Shown: one piece after another, positions 15,396 to 27,186 of the stretch
Layout of the letters: the number at the start of each line of letters is the position of its first letter
How positions within the stretch are numbered: the first letter of the stretch is position 1
Source: Crocosphaera subtropica ATCC 51142
GTDB taxonomy: Bacteria > Cyanobacteriota > Cyanobacteriia > Cyanobacteriales > Microcystaceae
Length of the DNA stretch: 32,000 bases
Direction of reading: 5' to 3'
Assembly: GCF_000017845.1 (NCBI RefSeq)
Contig: NC_010546.1
Span: 900,001-932,000, forward strand
Program-made: the position numbers and the translations under genes
The notes under the pieces: generated by a model
Told to the model about the DNA's origin: nothing
The model's database searches: none
Seen by the model: the letters and a program-made list of their open reading frames with translations, nothing else

Positions 15396-18300
15396 TTAAG
15401 CAAAGACAAAATTGTTACTGTTCAAATCCAAATTATTACTATCTTTAACGATAGCCACTAATTCGTCTTGCATACCAGCAACTTTGAGGAAGATACCCTG
15501 ATCATTACTTCCTGAAGGAGACGCACCGATTAAGTAATCATTGGCAGTTCCGTGTAATTGAATGATATCTTGAGAAGCATCAAATCCAGAGATTTCTAGA
15601 TAATCTTGTTGTCCGTAGGAATCATAGAATGATTCGGTTGCATCCCCTACCACAAAGCTATCTTCTCCTGCGGTTCCCAATTGCTGCTTCATTAATCCCA
15701 GTAACGCATCAGCATTAGCCGATCCAGTTAAGGTTCCCGTTCCCTCAAAGGCAAAGAAATTGACACTTTCGGTGGTGTGGTTGATTTCATCATCCTTACT
15801 GGTATCTTCTTCGATCATGATTTCCACTTGTCCATTGCTCAAATTTTGATATCTTAAACCTGAAGAATCTGGACCGTCATAACTAGCAATATTGCCTAGA
15901 AATTGAGGGGTTGTGTTAAAGATGTTACCAAAATCAAGGGTATGCCAGTTATGGGTAACATGGTCGCCAGTATTTCCAGCAATAAAGGTATTTCCATCCC
16001 AATTTCCTTGTCCTGGAGAGATGGCTAACCAAGCAATGGTTTCTGCACCACGTCCATTATTAAGATAAGCTTCTTCTGCTTCTAGGGCAACTTGAAATCC
16101 ATTATTCGTTGTATTATTTTGACGGGTTCGGACAAAGGTGGCATCGTTATCGGTTTGAACTTGGGTTAAAACAATGGGAGTATCCGTAAAATCATGATTA
16201 AAGGTGATATTATGCCAATCTGATCTGGTTGTGGCATTCGTGGTAACTGTACCGACTTCGATAATAGTACCATCAGACAATTCCCAAACCCCTTGTTCTA
16301 GGACTAGGAAACTAAACGTCTCTGTAGTGTGGTTGCCACTGTGGGTATTGCCCTTAATTAAAGTGGTTTCTTGAACTTGGACTGAAAAGCGATCGCTTTG
16401 AATATCAGTAATTCTGACAATGGAAGGATCAGGACCATCGTAGGATAAGGGCCCGGCAAAGATAACCGGGTTGATGAAGTTGTGATCAAGAATGATCGTT
16501 TGACTGTCATGGGTTAAATCGTTAATTTGACCCATGTGAGCAATGATCTGATTGTTGGTTATGGGGTCAGGATCGGTATGAGGATCGGTACTGGGATCGA
16601 GATTAGTTGATCCCGTTAAAGTTCCTATTTTGTCAATGGCAAAGAAATTAACAACTTCGGTGGTATGGTCCGTTTCATTATCCTTACTGGTATCTTCTTC
16701 GATCATGATTTGTACCTGTCCATTGCTCAGATTTTGATATCTTAAACCTGAAGAATCTGGACCGTCATAACTAGCAATATTGCCTAGGAATTGAGGGGTT
16801 GTGCTAAAGGTATTACCAAAATCAAGGGTATGCCAGTTATGGGTAACATGGTCACCAGTATTTCCAGCAATAAAGGTATTTCCATCCCAATTTCCTTGTC
16901 CTGGAGAGATGGCTAACCAAGCAATGGTTTCTGCACCACGTCCATTATTAAGATAAGCTTCTTCTGCTTCTAGGGCAACTTGAAAGCCATTATTCGTGGT
17001 GTGATTTTGACGGGTTCGGACAAAAGTAGCATCGTTATCGGTTTGAACTTGGGTTAAAACAATGGGTGTATCCGTAAAATCATGATTAAAGGTGATATTG
17101 TGCCAATTGGAACGAGTGGTAGCATCGGTGGTAACACTACCCACTTCGATAATTGTGCCATCAGATAGTTGCCAAACCCCCTGTTCAACTACGAAAAAAC
17201 TAAAAGTTTCTGTCGTATGGGAACCACTGTGAGTTTTTTGGTTAATTAAAGTGGTTTCTTGAACTTGGACTGAAAAGCGATCGCCTTGAATATCGGTAAT
17301 TCTGACAATGGAAGGATCGCCACCATTACGAGATAAGGGTTGAGCAAAGATAACGGGGTTAATGAAATTATAATCGAGAAGAATCGTTTGACTGTTATGG
17401 TCTAAATTGGTAATTCGACCCATTTGAGCGATGATCTGATTGTCAGTTACGGGATCAGGATCGGTATTAGGGTCAGTATTGGGATCAACAGTTGGTTCTA
17501 TATCACTGTAAAGAATTTGGATTTGTTGATTGGGATCAGCGTAATAATTCACTAACTCAATAGAACCATTACTACCAAAATTTAAAATCAGGTTTTGACC
17601 ACTTTGGGTTTGGGTGACTTCATTGGAGGCATAATCTAGTTTGAGGATATCTTCATTGCTTCCATAATAGATTTTATCGTGACCGGTGAAGCGATCGCTG
17701 AGATAGCCACTAATCTCATTGGCAACATTGTTGAGATAAATTGTGTCATTACTACTAGAGTTAATCACATTTTCTACATCAAAACCGTAAGACACTGCAG
17801 TAGAATAATCGGTTGTACTACTGAAAGTTTTACTCAGCAGTCCTCCTTGTCTTAGATCAAGATGAAATCCACTACTTTGAGCATTTAAACCCGAAAAATC
17901 TAAAGTATCAATGCCATCAGAGTCCCAGAGGGTTTGTTTGGTTCGATTGGACGTTTCTACAAGAGAAACCCCATTAACCGTGACTTGATCGATATAATTC
18001 CCAAAAACATAGGTAGTATCTCCAGCATTATGGGTTTTAGCCCCATATAAATGCTGTAAGGCCGCAATATCGAGTGGCATAAAAGTAGCTGCGGAATTCC
18101 CAGTAAAATTATAGGTCATCACTGAGTTATCCGTGTTATCTAACTGTGCAGATAAAGGGGTTCCACTATGAGTATGGGCTAATCCTAGAGCATGACCTAG
18201 TTCATGAACTAAAGTCATGTAACCATGTTTTCCAGGATCGTGTTGGAAACCATTGGTATCTCCATAGCGATCATAATTAGAGTTTAAATGAACATCCCCA

Positions 18301-18827
18301 GCAACTTTTGAATAGGGACTGGTGGGATAATAAGCATAAGCATAATTGGGATTGTTAGAATCTTGAATACGAATGTCACCATAGGTGTCTTTATTAATTT
18401 CATCAACTTCAACAAAATCAACATCAATAACGTTTTCTAACCAAGCAAAAATTTCTCTATAATTGATTTTAACGGCGTTACTAACTTCTTTAACTCCTGA
18501 TTCTGATCCATAATAGGAGTTAGTAAAATCATCATCTTCATAAAAACTATAGGTAATCACTTTATCTGAACTAAGGTTCCATTGATAACCAGATAAAACC
18601 CCCTCAATCGGTGGAGAAATTGCTTCAGAATCAGAAGAACTAGAGGGATTTTCACTGGTGGTATTATTAGCAGTCTCATTAGTGTTTTGGGTTTCAGTGA
18701 GATGACAAGAAGGACAGTCACATTTAATATTATTAACCCACAGGCTATGTTGATTATCTTGATTAGAACCCCTATTTTGTTGTGATAATACCTGTGTTGT
18801 TAAATCTTGATTTAATAACTTATTCAT
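15396..18827 (-). CDS. Large secreted serralysin-like (metzincin, M10B-type) zinc metalloprotease with two 296-aa tandem modules and an RTX-like C-terminal secretion region
   Basis: 1143 aa. HELGHALGLAHTH zinc site, Met-turn SVMTY, DIAALQHLYGA, DTLDFSG. No N-terminal signal peptide. The C-terminus GTAGEDSFVVGD...DIIQLHG...DELVAIV...NNFVFA resembles cyanobacterial T1SS substrates. Confidence 0.85.
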   Translation of the reverse strand: MNKLLNQDLTTQVLSQQNRGSNQDNQHSLWVNNIKCDCPSCHLTETQNTNETANNTTSENPSSSSDSEAISPPIEGVLSGYQWNLSSDKVITYSFYEDDDFTNSYYGSESGVKEVSNAVKINYREIFAWLENVIDVDFVEVDEINKDTYGDIRIQDSNNPNYAYAYYPTSPYSKVAGDVHLNSNYDRYGDTNGFQHDPGKHGYMTLVHELGHALGLAHTHSGTPLSAQLDNTDNSVMTYNFTGNSAATFMPLDIAALQHLYGAKTHNAGDTTYVFGNYIDQVTVNGVSLVETSNRTKQTLWDSDGIDTLDFSGLNAQSSGFHLDLRQGGLLSKTFSSTTDYSTAVSYGFDVENVINSSSNDTIYLNNVANEISGYLSDRFTGHDKIYYGSNEDILKLDYASNEVTQTQSGQNLILNFGSNGSIELVNYYADPNQQIQILYSDIEPTVDPNTDPNTDPDPVTDNQIIAQMGRITNLDHNSQTILLDYNFINPVIFAQPLSRNGGDPSIVRITDIQGDRFSVQVQETTLINQKTHSGSHTTETFSFFVVEQGVWQLSDGTIIEVGSVTTDATTRSNWHNITFNHDFTDTPIVLTQVQTDNDATFVRTRQNHTTNNGFQVALEAEEAYLNNGRGAETIAWLAISPGQGNWDGNTFIAGNTGDHVTHNWHTLDFGNTFSTTPQFLGNIASYDGPDSSGLRYQNLSNGQVQIMIEEDTSKDNETDHTTEVVNFFAIDKIGTLTGSTNLDPSTDPHTDPDPITNNQIIAHMGQINDLTHDSQTIILDHNFINPVIFAGPLSYDGPDPSIVRITDIQSDRFSVQVQETTLIKGNTHSGNHTTETFSFLVLEQGVWELSDGTIIEVGTVTTNATTRSDWHNITFNHDFTDTPIVLTQVQTDNDATFVRTRQNNTTNNGFQVALEAEEAYLNNGRGAETIAWLAISPGQGNWDGNTFIAGNTGDHVTHNWHTLDFGNIFNTTPQFLGNIASYDGPDSSGLRYQNLSNGQVEIMIEEDTSKDDEINHTTESVNFFAFEGTGTLTGSANADALLGLMKQQLGTAGEDSFVVGDATESFYDSYGQQDYLEISGFDASQDIIQLHGTANDYLIGASPSGSNDQGIFLKVAGMQDELVAIVKDSNNLDLNSNNFVFA
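15714..17486 (-). repeat. In-frame tandem duplication, period 888 bp (2 x 296 codons), inside the metalloprotease gene
   Basis: Register verified at several points: ATGATCTGAT at 16543 and 17431, GATCC(A/C)GTTAA at 15721 and 16609. Copies span about 15714-16598 and 16599-17486. Confidence 0.9.
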
Positions 18828-19280
18828 AATTTTTTTTATTTTTATTTAGTAATTACCCGTTACTCAACTATGTCAATGAGTAAGCTATTAATAATCCCGT
18901 GTTCTTTATCACGTTATTATTGTTTATTGCTTAATTGTATGTTTTGTGATTGCAAAAAAAGAATCGAAAAAGCACTGGTTTTTTCAATTTTTTTATAGTT
19001 AATTCTGTTTTCTACTGATAAAAAAAATATTTAAAAAATAATACCTAGGTTAATAGTTTGGGTCAATGTCTAGGATAAAAATACGGATTTTGGGAGAAAT
19101 AAAATAACTCAATTAATATTTTTTTCTAAAATCATGATAGTTTTACATAAGTAAAATCTAGCAAGATTAACGGTTGCTTTATATTTACAGTTTCATGAAA
19201 TTCTTACAATTATCTGATGAAAGAAAAAAAGAATCTACTTAAATAAATTCCTCTATGAACTATGAGTAAATTCACGAAAG

Positions 19281-20093
19281 TTAAAGGATTAATTCTGTTA
19301 GATTACCGATAGTTAACTCAGTAATAATAGGCAAAGAATAATCTTGGGTTCCGTGATCGCAACGCAACCATGCTAAATATTCCGTATTTCCCGCAGGTCC
19401 AGTAATAGGAGAAACTGTTAACCCGCAACAAAACCAACCGAGAGTATAAGCAGTTTGTAACACTTGATAAATAGCTTGACTCTGATCTTGAGGATCACGG
19501 ACTACCCCTTTTTTGCCAACGCGCGATCGCCCGACTTCAAATTGAGGTTTAATTAATAAAATGACTTCTCTAGGTTCTTGTAACAAGTTCCATAGAGGTT
19601 CTAAAACTTTAGTTAAAGAGATAAAGGAAACATCCATGACCCCTAAATCTGCTTTGGGATTATCTTGATATAATTCTTCAGGGATAAGATAACGAAAGTT
19701 CGTTCTTTCCTTTAAGATCACTCGCTGATCTTGACGTAATGACCAAGCGACTTGGCCATAACCCACATCTACCCCGTAAACTTGTTTAGCCCCTGCTTGT
19801 AATAAACAGTCAGTAAACCCCCCTGTAGAAATGCCCCCATCTAGGCATATTCGGCCTTCTACAGCAATCTTAAACATTTTTAGGGCTTTTTCGAGTTTAA
19901 GACCGCCACGAGAAACGTAGGGAGGCTTTTGTTTGAGTTCAATGTCTGCTGTAATCTCGATTTCTGTTCCAGGTTTATCAATAATTCTTTGATTAACTTT
20001 AACTTCTCCGGCCCGAATGCAGCGTTGTGCTTGTTGACGGGAGGAACAAAGGTTACGTTCCACTAAAAGGAGATCCAGACGTAGTTTAGACAA
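19281..20093 (-). CDS. tlyA: TlyA-family rRNA (cytidine-2'-O)-methyltransferase
   Basis: 270 aa. N-terminal S4-like RLDLLLVERNL..SR.QAQ..I..G.V.VN, then the FtsJ-type SAM motif LDGGISTGGFTDCLLQ.GA..VYGVDVG. Confidence 0.85.
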   Translation of the reverse strand: MSKLRLDLLLVERNLCSSRQQAQRCIRAGEVKVNQRIIDKPGTEIEITADIELKQKPPYVSRGGLKLEKALKMFKIAVEGRICLDGGISTGGFTDCLLQAGAKQVYGVDVGYGQVAWSLRQDQRVILKERTNFRYLIPEELYQDNPKADLGVMDVSFISLTKVLEPLWNLLQEPREVILLIKPQFEVGRSRVGKKGVVRDPQDQSQAIYQVLQTAYTLGWFCCGLTVSPITGPAGNTEYLAWLRCDHGTQDYSLPIITELTIGNLTELIL

Positions 20094-20158
20094 GGAACAG
20101 ACAAAAAATAGGGCAATCTAATTATAAATTTACTTAATTATATAGACAACCAGAAGCA

Positions 20159-20503
20159 TTAACTCACCTGTTCTAAATATTGTCCTAAATCTTCGATAAT
20201 ACGAGTTAGTTCTGCTTCTGTGGTTAAGCGTATTTTGTCGTCTCGAACGGTTAATAAGACTTTAGCAGCAAAAGGACTCGGATAGATGTTAGGATTACAA
20301 AAAACTTCTAAAAAGACCTCCCCTGTATAGCGATATTCCATTGGTTTTTCAGGTTGTGGCCGTCCCCCACTTCCTGCATTAGCGGCCACTGTTTTTAACC
20401 GTTGCATTAATTGATCAATTTCTGATTTAAGAGACGTTGCAGCTTCAGCAGAAAAATTAAACCTAACCGATCCTTGTACTAAATTAAGGGTAAGTTGAGT
20501 CAT
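20159..20503 (-). CDS. Hypothetical protein
   Basis: 114-aa ORF with no recognisable motif. The coding call rests on ORF length and tight packing with its neighbours. Confidence 0.45.
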   Translation of the reverse strand: MTQLTLNLVQGSVRFNFSAEAATSLKSEIDQLMQRLKTVAANAGSGGRPQPEKPMEYRYTGEVFLEVFCNPNIYPSPFAAKVLLTVRDDKIRLTTEAELTRIIEDLGQYLEQVS

Positions 20504-20579
20504 TACTAAACACTATAATAAAATTAAGATCCCTATTATCTCAATGATTGGTTAACCTTGTACAGTTTATCTCAATATT

Positions 20580-21524
20580 GTGACAAAAGATAATCGTTCT
20601 CAAGTGCGTCGAGTGTTGTTAATAACCTTATTACTTAATTTGTTGGTGATGGGGTTAAAAGCAGTTGTCGGGGTGATTACAGGGTCTTTAAGTTTACAAG
20701 CAGATGCCCTTCATAGTGTTACTGATAGTGCGAATAATGTGTTAGGGTTAGTAGCCAGTCATTTTTCTTCCCCTACTCCCGATCGCCGTCATCCTTATGG
20801 ACACCAAAAATATGAAGGGGTAGCAGCGTTAGGGATTGCTGCATTTTTAGCCATTGCTTGTTTTGAAATTCTACAAGGTGCAATTGAAAAAATTTGGCAT
20901 GGTGGTGATCCTGTTAATATTTCAGGGGAACAATTATGGATTTTATTAATTGTTTTAGGAATTAATATTTTTGTAGCTTTTTATGAACGAAAAATCGGAA
21001 AAGAGGTTGATAGTCCTATTTTAATTGCCGATGCTTATCACACCATGAGTGATATTTGGGTAACCATTATGGTCTTACTGGGATTGATTGGTATTTGGCA
21101 AGGACAACAATTTAACTTACCTCAATTACAATGGTTAGATGTTATTTTTGCTTTTCCCGTGGCTATTTTGGTTTTTTATAGTGGTTGGCAAGTCGTGCGC
21201 TCTAATTTACCTTGGTTAGTAGATGAAATGGCCATTGCACCAGAGAAAATTTATGAAATTGTCATGACTGTTCCTGGTGTAATTAACTGTCATGATATTG
21301 CTTCAAGGGGAATAGTAGGACGGCAACTTTTCCTAGAAATGCACTTAATTGTTGAAGCGAAAGATGTGGAAAATTCTCACAGAATTACGGAAGAAGTTGA
21401 AAAAACATTAAAAGAAAAATTTGATCCTATTCGTATTCTAATTCATGTAGAACCCCCTAATTATGAATCATCAAATATTAGTTTTGGTTCCGATAATAAC
21501 AATAAAAGTAAAACTAACTTATAA
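20580..21524 (+). CDS. Cation diffusion facilitator (CDF) family metal efflux transporter
   Basis: 314 aa, GTG start. SLSLQADALHSVTDS (TM2 metal site), ADAYHTMSDIWVT (TM5 HxxxD), and a C-terminal cytoplasmic domain ending ILIHVEP. Confidence 0.88.
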   Translation: MTKDNRSQVRRVLLITLLLNLLVMGLKAVVGVITGSLSLQADALHSVTDSANNVLGLVASHFSSPTPDRRHPYGHQKYEGVAALGIAAFLAIACFEILQGAIEKIWHGGDPVNISGEQLWILLIVLGINIFVAFYERKIGKEVDSPILIADAYHTMSDIWVTIMVLLGLIGIWQGQQFNLPQLQWLDVIFAFPVAILVFYSGWQVVRSNLPWLVDEMAIAPEKIYEIVMTVPGVINCHDIASRGIVGRQLFLEMHLIVEAKDVENSHRITEEVEKTLKEKFDPIRILIHVEPPNYESSNISFGSDNNNKSKTNL

Positions 21525-21540
21525 TTAAAAGAAAAAGAAA

Positions 21541-22236
21541 ATGGTAGAATCAGTTGCTAGAGCAAATCAATCTAATATTACCTATCCTGAAAGAGATGGA
21601 AACTCCATGTCAGATAATACAAAACAGTTTCGTTGGATAGTAGTTATCAAAGAAAACTTAGAATTATTATTTGCTGATAATCCTAACATTTTTGTAGCTG
21701 GTGATTTACTTTGGTATCCCATCAAAGGAGATAATAAGACTCGTCAAGCACCAGATGTTATGATAGTCTTCGGAAGACCAAAAGGCGATCGGGGTTCCTA
21801 TCGACAATGGGTCGAAAATAATGTCACTCCTCAAGTGGTTTTTGAGATTTTATCCCCAGGAAATCGTTTATTGGAAATGGCCAAAAAGTTCAAGTTTTAT
21901 GAACATCATGGAGTGGAAGAATATTATATTTATGACCCCGATAAAATTGATTTACAAGGGTGGTTAAGGAAGAATGGAGAGTTAACTGTTATTGAAGAAA
22001 TCGATGGTTGGGTGAGTCCCAGACTCGGCATAAAGTTTGAGTTAACGACAGAAACATTAGAGATTTTTAGACCCGATGGGGATAAGTTTTTAACCTTTGT
22101 TGAGTTGGGAAAATTGAGAGAAGCTGAAAGAAAAAGAGCCAAGGAATTACAAAAACAATTAGAACAAGAACAAGAACAAAGAAAACGATTAGAAGATAAA
22201 TTAAGAGAGTTAGGAATTGATATTAATGATGTTTAA
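21541..22236 (+). CDS. Uma2-family (DUF820) restriction-endonuclease-like protein with C-terminal coiled-coil tail
   Basis: 231 aa. PDVMIVFG....R.SY......TPQVVFEILSPGN and KF.FYE..GV.EYYIYDP are the family blocks. The tail is ERKRAKELQKQLEQEQEQRKRLEDKLRELG. Confidence 0.8.
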   Translation: MVESVARANQSNITYPERDGNSMSDNTKQFRWIVVIKENLELLFADNPNIFVAGDLLWYPIKGDNKTRQAPDVMIVFGRPKGDRGSYRQWVENNVTPQVVFEILSPGNRLLEMAKKFKFYEHHGVEEYYIYDPDKIDLQGWLRKNGELTVIEEIDGWVSPRLGIKFELTTETLEIFRPDGDKFLTFVELGKLREAERKRAKELQKQLEQEQEQRKRLEDKLRELGIDINDV

Positions 22237-22262
22237 ACGACTCTTTTTTAGATAATTGTAGG

Positions 22263-22314
22263 GTGTATTAGCTGAGCGTAATACACCCAAAAACTTAATT
22301 GTAGTTCGTTACAG
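22263..22314. repeat. Hairpin mini-element (10-bp perfect stem) bracketed by a 9-bp direct repeat
   Basis: GGGTGTATTA (22271-22280), loop gctgagcg, TAATACACCC (22289-22298). TAATTGTAG occurs at 22263-22271 and 22306-22314. Confidence 0.45.
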
Positions 22315-22319
22315 AATAA

Positions 22320-22592
22320 AAAAATGATAATTTTACTAATATCATTCTAGTTCCTTTTCTTTTTACTAATCAACGTTCTGGTAAAAAAAGACCTGCGGTT
22401 ATTGTTAGTTCTGATGTTTATAATCACGCTAAACCTGACTTAATTATTATGGCAATTACTAGCCAAATTGCTGTACCGTTAAGTTTGGGAGAGATTCAAA
22501 TTATTGACTTTTCTGCTATTAGCAAGTTGGCGTTTAAATGCACCACCAAATGCGATCGCAGTTCCTGCGCATCTCATGACGAAGTTTACTAA
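22320..22592 (+). pseudogene. MazF/PemK-like toxin remnant (no in-frame ATG, aberrant C-terminus)
   Basis: The open frame after TAA (22317-22319) reads KNDNFTNIILVPFLFTNQRSGKKRPAVIVSSDVYNHAKPDLIIMAITSQIAVPLSLGEIQI..., matching the MazF/PemK N-terminal core. The only nearby ATG (22324) is in another frame and stops after 8 codons. The tail FKCTTKCDRSSCASHDEVY is atypical. Confidence 0.5.
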
Positions 22593-22809
22593 ATTACTGG
22601 CAACACACATAAATGTCATTTTGTCAAGATAAAGAATAATGAAGATAGAAAGGATACATTTCGTAACAAACCTCCTCAGAAAGCCCGAAACAGTTTAATC
22701 TAGATGCTGATTAACTTTTTAAGAAACATCTGGTTTTAATCAAGATGTTGCGAACATCTGCACTTATTCCGTGTAGTAGATTAGCAATTTTTTCATGGGA
22801 GATAGTTGA

Positions 22810-25509
<2,700 letters not shown>

Positions 25510-25538
25510 CGTCCCCGAATCATTCCCTGAAATTTGAT

Positions 25539-25570
25539 AAAAAAAGGCGCGAGGGATCGCGTCTTTTTTT
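25539..25570 (+). terminator. Rho-independent terminator of apcE (A-run / GC hairpin / T7)
   Basis: AAAAAAA GGCGCGA-ggga-TCGCGTC TTTTTTT. The stem is 25546-25552 with 25557-25563 (one G-U pair), and T7 lies at 25564-25570. Confidence 0.75.
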
Positions 25571-25698
25571 CCTGGGACTTTAGCTAATTTTAAATCTAAA
25601 TGTGGCCAAAACTAGCTTTCTAGCTTAATCCCTAGACAACAAACTGTCTTCACTCCACTAATCTGTCACCAATGACCAATAATGTGTTACTGTACAAA

Positions 25699-25771
25699 CG
25701 AACACGGAGGGATTTGAACCCCCGACACCCAGGACCGGAACCTGGTGCTCTATCCACTGAGCTACGTGTCC
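25699..25771 (-). tRNA. tRNA-Arg (anticodon CCG)
   Basis: The reverse complement GGACACGTAGCTCAGTGGATAGAGCACCAGGTTCCGGTCCTGGGTGTCGGGGGTTCAAATCCCTCCGTGTTCG folds as a cloverleaf. It has a 7-bp acceptor stem, anticodon stem CCAGG/CCTGG with loop TTCCGGT, and a GGTTCAAATCC T-arm. CCA is not encoded. Confidence 0.9.
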
Positions 25772-25994
25772 ACACACCCTATTACAATAACACGATTTTC
25801 TCAAAAGCGGTTAATCATTAAGTTTCAGTTAAGGCTCTTATCAGCCTACTTATTCTATGGGAAAGCCTAAATTTCTGTGTAATTTCGCTGTTTTAATCTG
25901 AATCTCGGTATGATTAAAATAGTGATAAATCTGATCAGACAATCAAAAACCTGAGATGATAGAATTGCTATGAATTAAGGGTCAAGAGTCTGCT

Positions 25995-26987
25995 GTGAGT
26001 CATACTCCAACATTAATGCCACATCTGGCGATGTCGTCATTGTCAGATAATAATCGTCTGAGTTTGTTTTGTGGATCGTCTAATATTGCGTTAGCCCAAG
26101 AAGTTGCCCGTTATTTAGGGATGGACATCGGGCCGATGATTCGTAAACGATTTGCTGATGGTGAATTATACATCCAAATTCAGGAATCAATACGGGGTTG
26201 TGATGTTTATTTAATCCAACCCTGTTGTAATCCAGTCAATGACCATTTTATGGAATTATTGATTATGATTGATGCTTGTCGTAGAGCATCAGCTAGGCAA
26301 ATTACCGCCGTCATTCCCTATTATGGTTACGCTAGGGCCGATCGCAAAACGGCTGGCCGTGAATCCATTACTGCTAAATTAGTCGCTAATTTAATTGTTG
26401 AGGCCGGGGCAAATCGGGTTTTGGCTATGGATTTACATTCAGCACAAATACAAGGTTATTTTGATATTCCTTTTGATCATATTTACAGTACACCAGTTTT
26501 ACTTGATTATTTTGCCACTAAGGATCTTTCTGATATTGTCATTGTTTCTCCCGATGTGGGAGGGGTTGCCAGGGCAAGAGCCTTTGCCAAGAAATTAGAT
26601 GATGCACCTTTGGCTATCATTGATAAGCGTCGTCAGTCTCATAACGTGGCTGAAGTCATGAATGTTATTGGCGATGTCAAGGGCAAAACGGCTGTTTTAG
26701 TGGATGATATGATTGATACAGCCGGAACCATCACCGAAGGGGCTAAATTGCTCCGAGAAGAAGGAGCTAGGCAAGTTTATGCTTGTGCTACCCATGCGGT
26801 GTTTTCTGGTCCTGCTATTGCCCGCTTATCCAGTGGGGTATTAGAAGAAGTGATTGTTACCAACACCATTCCTATCCCAGAAGAACATCGTTTTGAACAA
26901 TTAACTGTTTTGTCTGTGGCTAACCTCTTAGGAGAAGCTATCTGGCGTATTCATGAAGATACTTCTGTAAGTAGTATGTTTCGTTAA
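25995..26987 (+). CDS. prs: Ribose-phosphate pyrophosphokinase (PRPP synthetase)
   Basis: 330 aa. RFADGELYIQIQESIRG, YYGYARADRK, DLHSAQIQGYF, and PRPP-binding loop VLVDDMIDTAGT. GTG start in the ORF track; internal ATGs are possible. Confidence 0.92.
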   Translation: MSHTPTLMPHLAMSSLSDNNRLSLFCGSSNIALAQEVARYLGMDIGPMIRKRFADGELYIQIQESIRGCDVYLIQPCCNPVNDHFMELLIMIDACRRASARQITAVIPYYGYARADRKTAGRESITAKLVANLIVEAGANRVLAMDLHSAQIQGYFDIPFDHIYSTPVLLDYFATKDLSDIVIVSPDVGGVARARAFAKKLDDAPLAIIDKRRQSHNVAEVMNVIGDVKGKTAVLVDDMIDTAGTITEGAKLLREEGARQVYACATHAVFSGPAIARLSSGVLEEVIVTNTIPIPEEHRFEQLTVLSVANLLGEAIWRIHEDTSVSSMFR

Positions 26988-27033
26988 CTTTTTCTGAGTT
27001 TCAAAAAGCACTCAGCACTCAACAGTCAGCTTT

Positions 27034-27104
27034 TCAGAAGGGGATTTAAACCCCTCCTGAAATCAAACGAGTTATAGAAGTCGGGGATTTAGACCCGAGC
27101 CTTC
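27034..27104. repeat. Two tandem related hairpins sharing the core GGGGATTTA(A/G)ACCC at the convergent prs / rodA junction
   Basis: Hairpin 1 is 27034-27060: TCAGAAGGGG, loop atttaaa, CCCCTCCTGA, with one mismatch. Hairpin 2 is about 27077-27104: GAAGTCGGG ... CCCGAGCCTTC, imperfect. Confidence 0.35.
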
Positions 27105-27186
27105 AGATATCTAATTGATACGAAAATTTTTAGGCTGGTAGCTAGTTAAAAATTTAGAAGTTTAGTTATTCAACCTTTAAACCTAT

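Noticed and set aside
18828-19280. 450-bp very AT-rich spacer upstream of the metalloprotease gene, considered as a possible repeat or mobile remnant
   Set aside because: I found only homopolymer A/T runs, with no ORF remnant or inverted or direct repeats. It is most simply a long promoter and leader region.
21930-22142. 70-aa ORF antisense in the Uma2 gene
   Set aside because: It is embedded, and the sense frame has the family motifs.
26395-26598. 67-aa alternative-frame ORF in prs
   Set aside because: It is embedded in the prs CDS and is a hydrophobic, low-complexity artefact.
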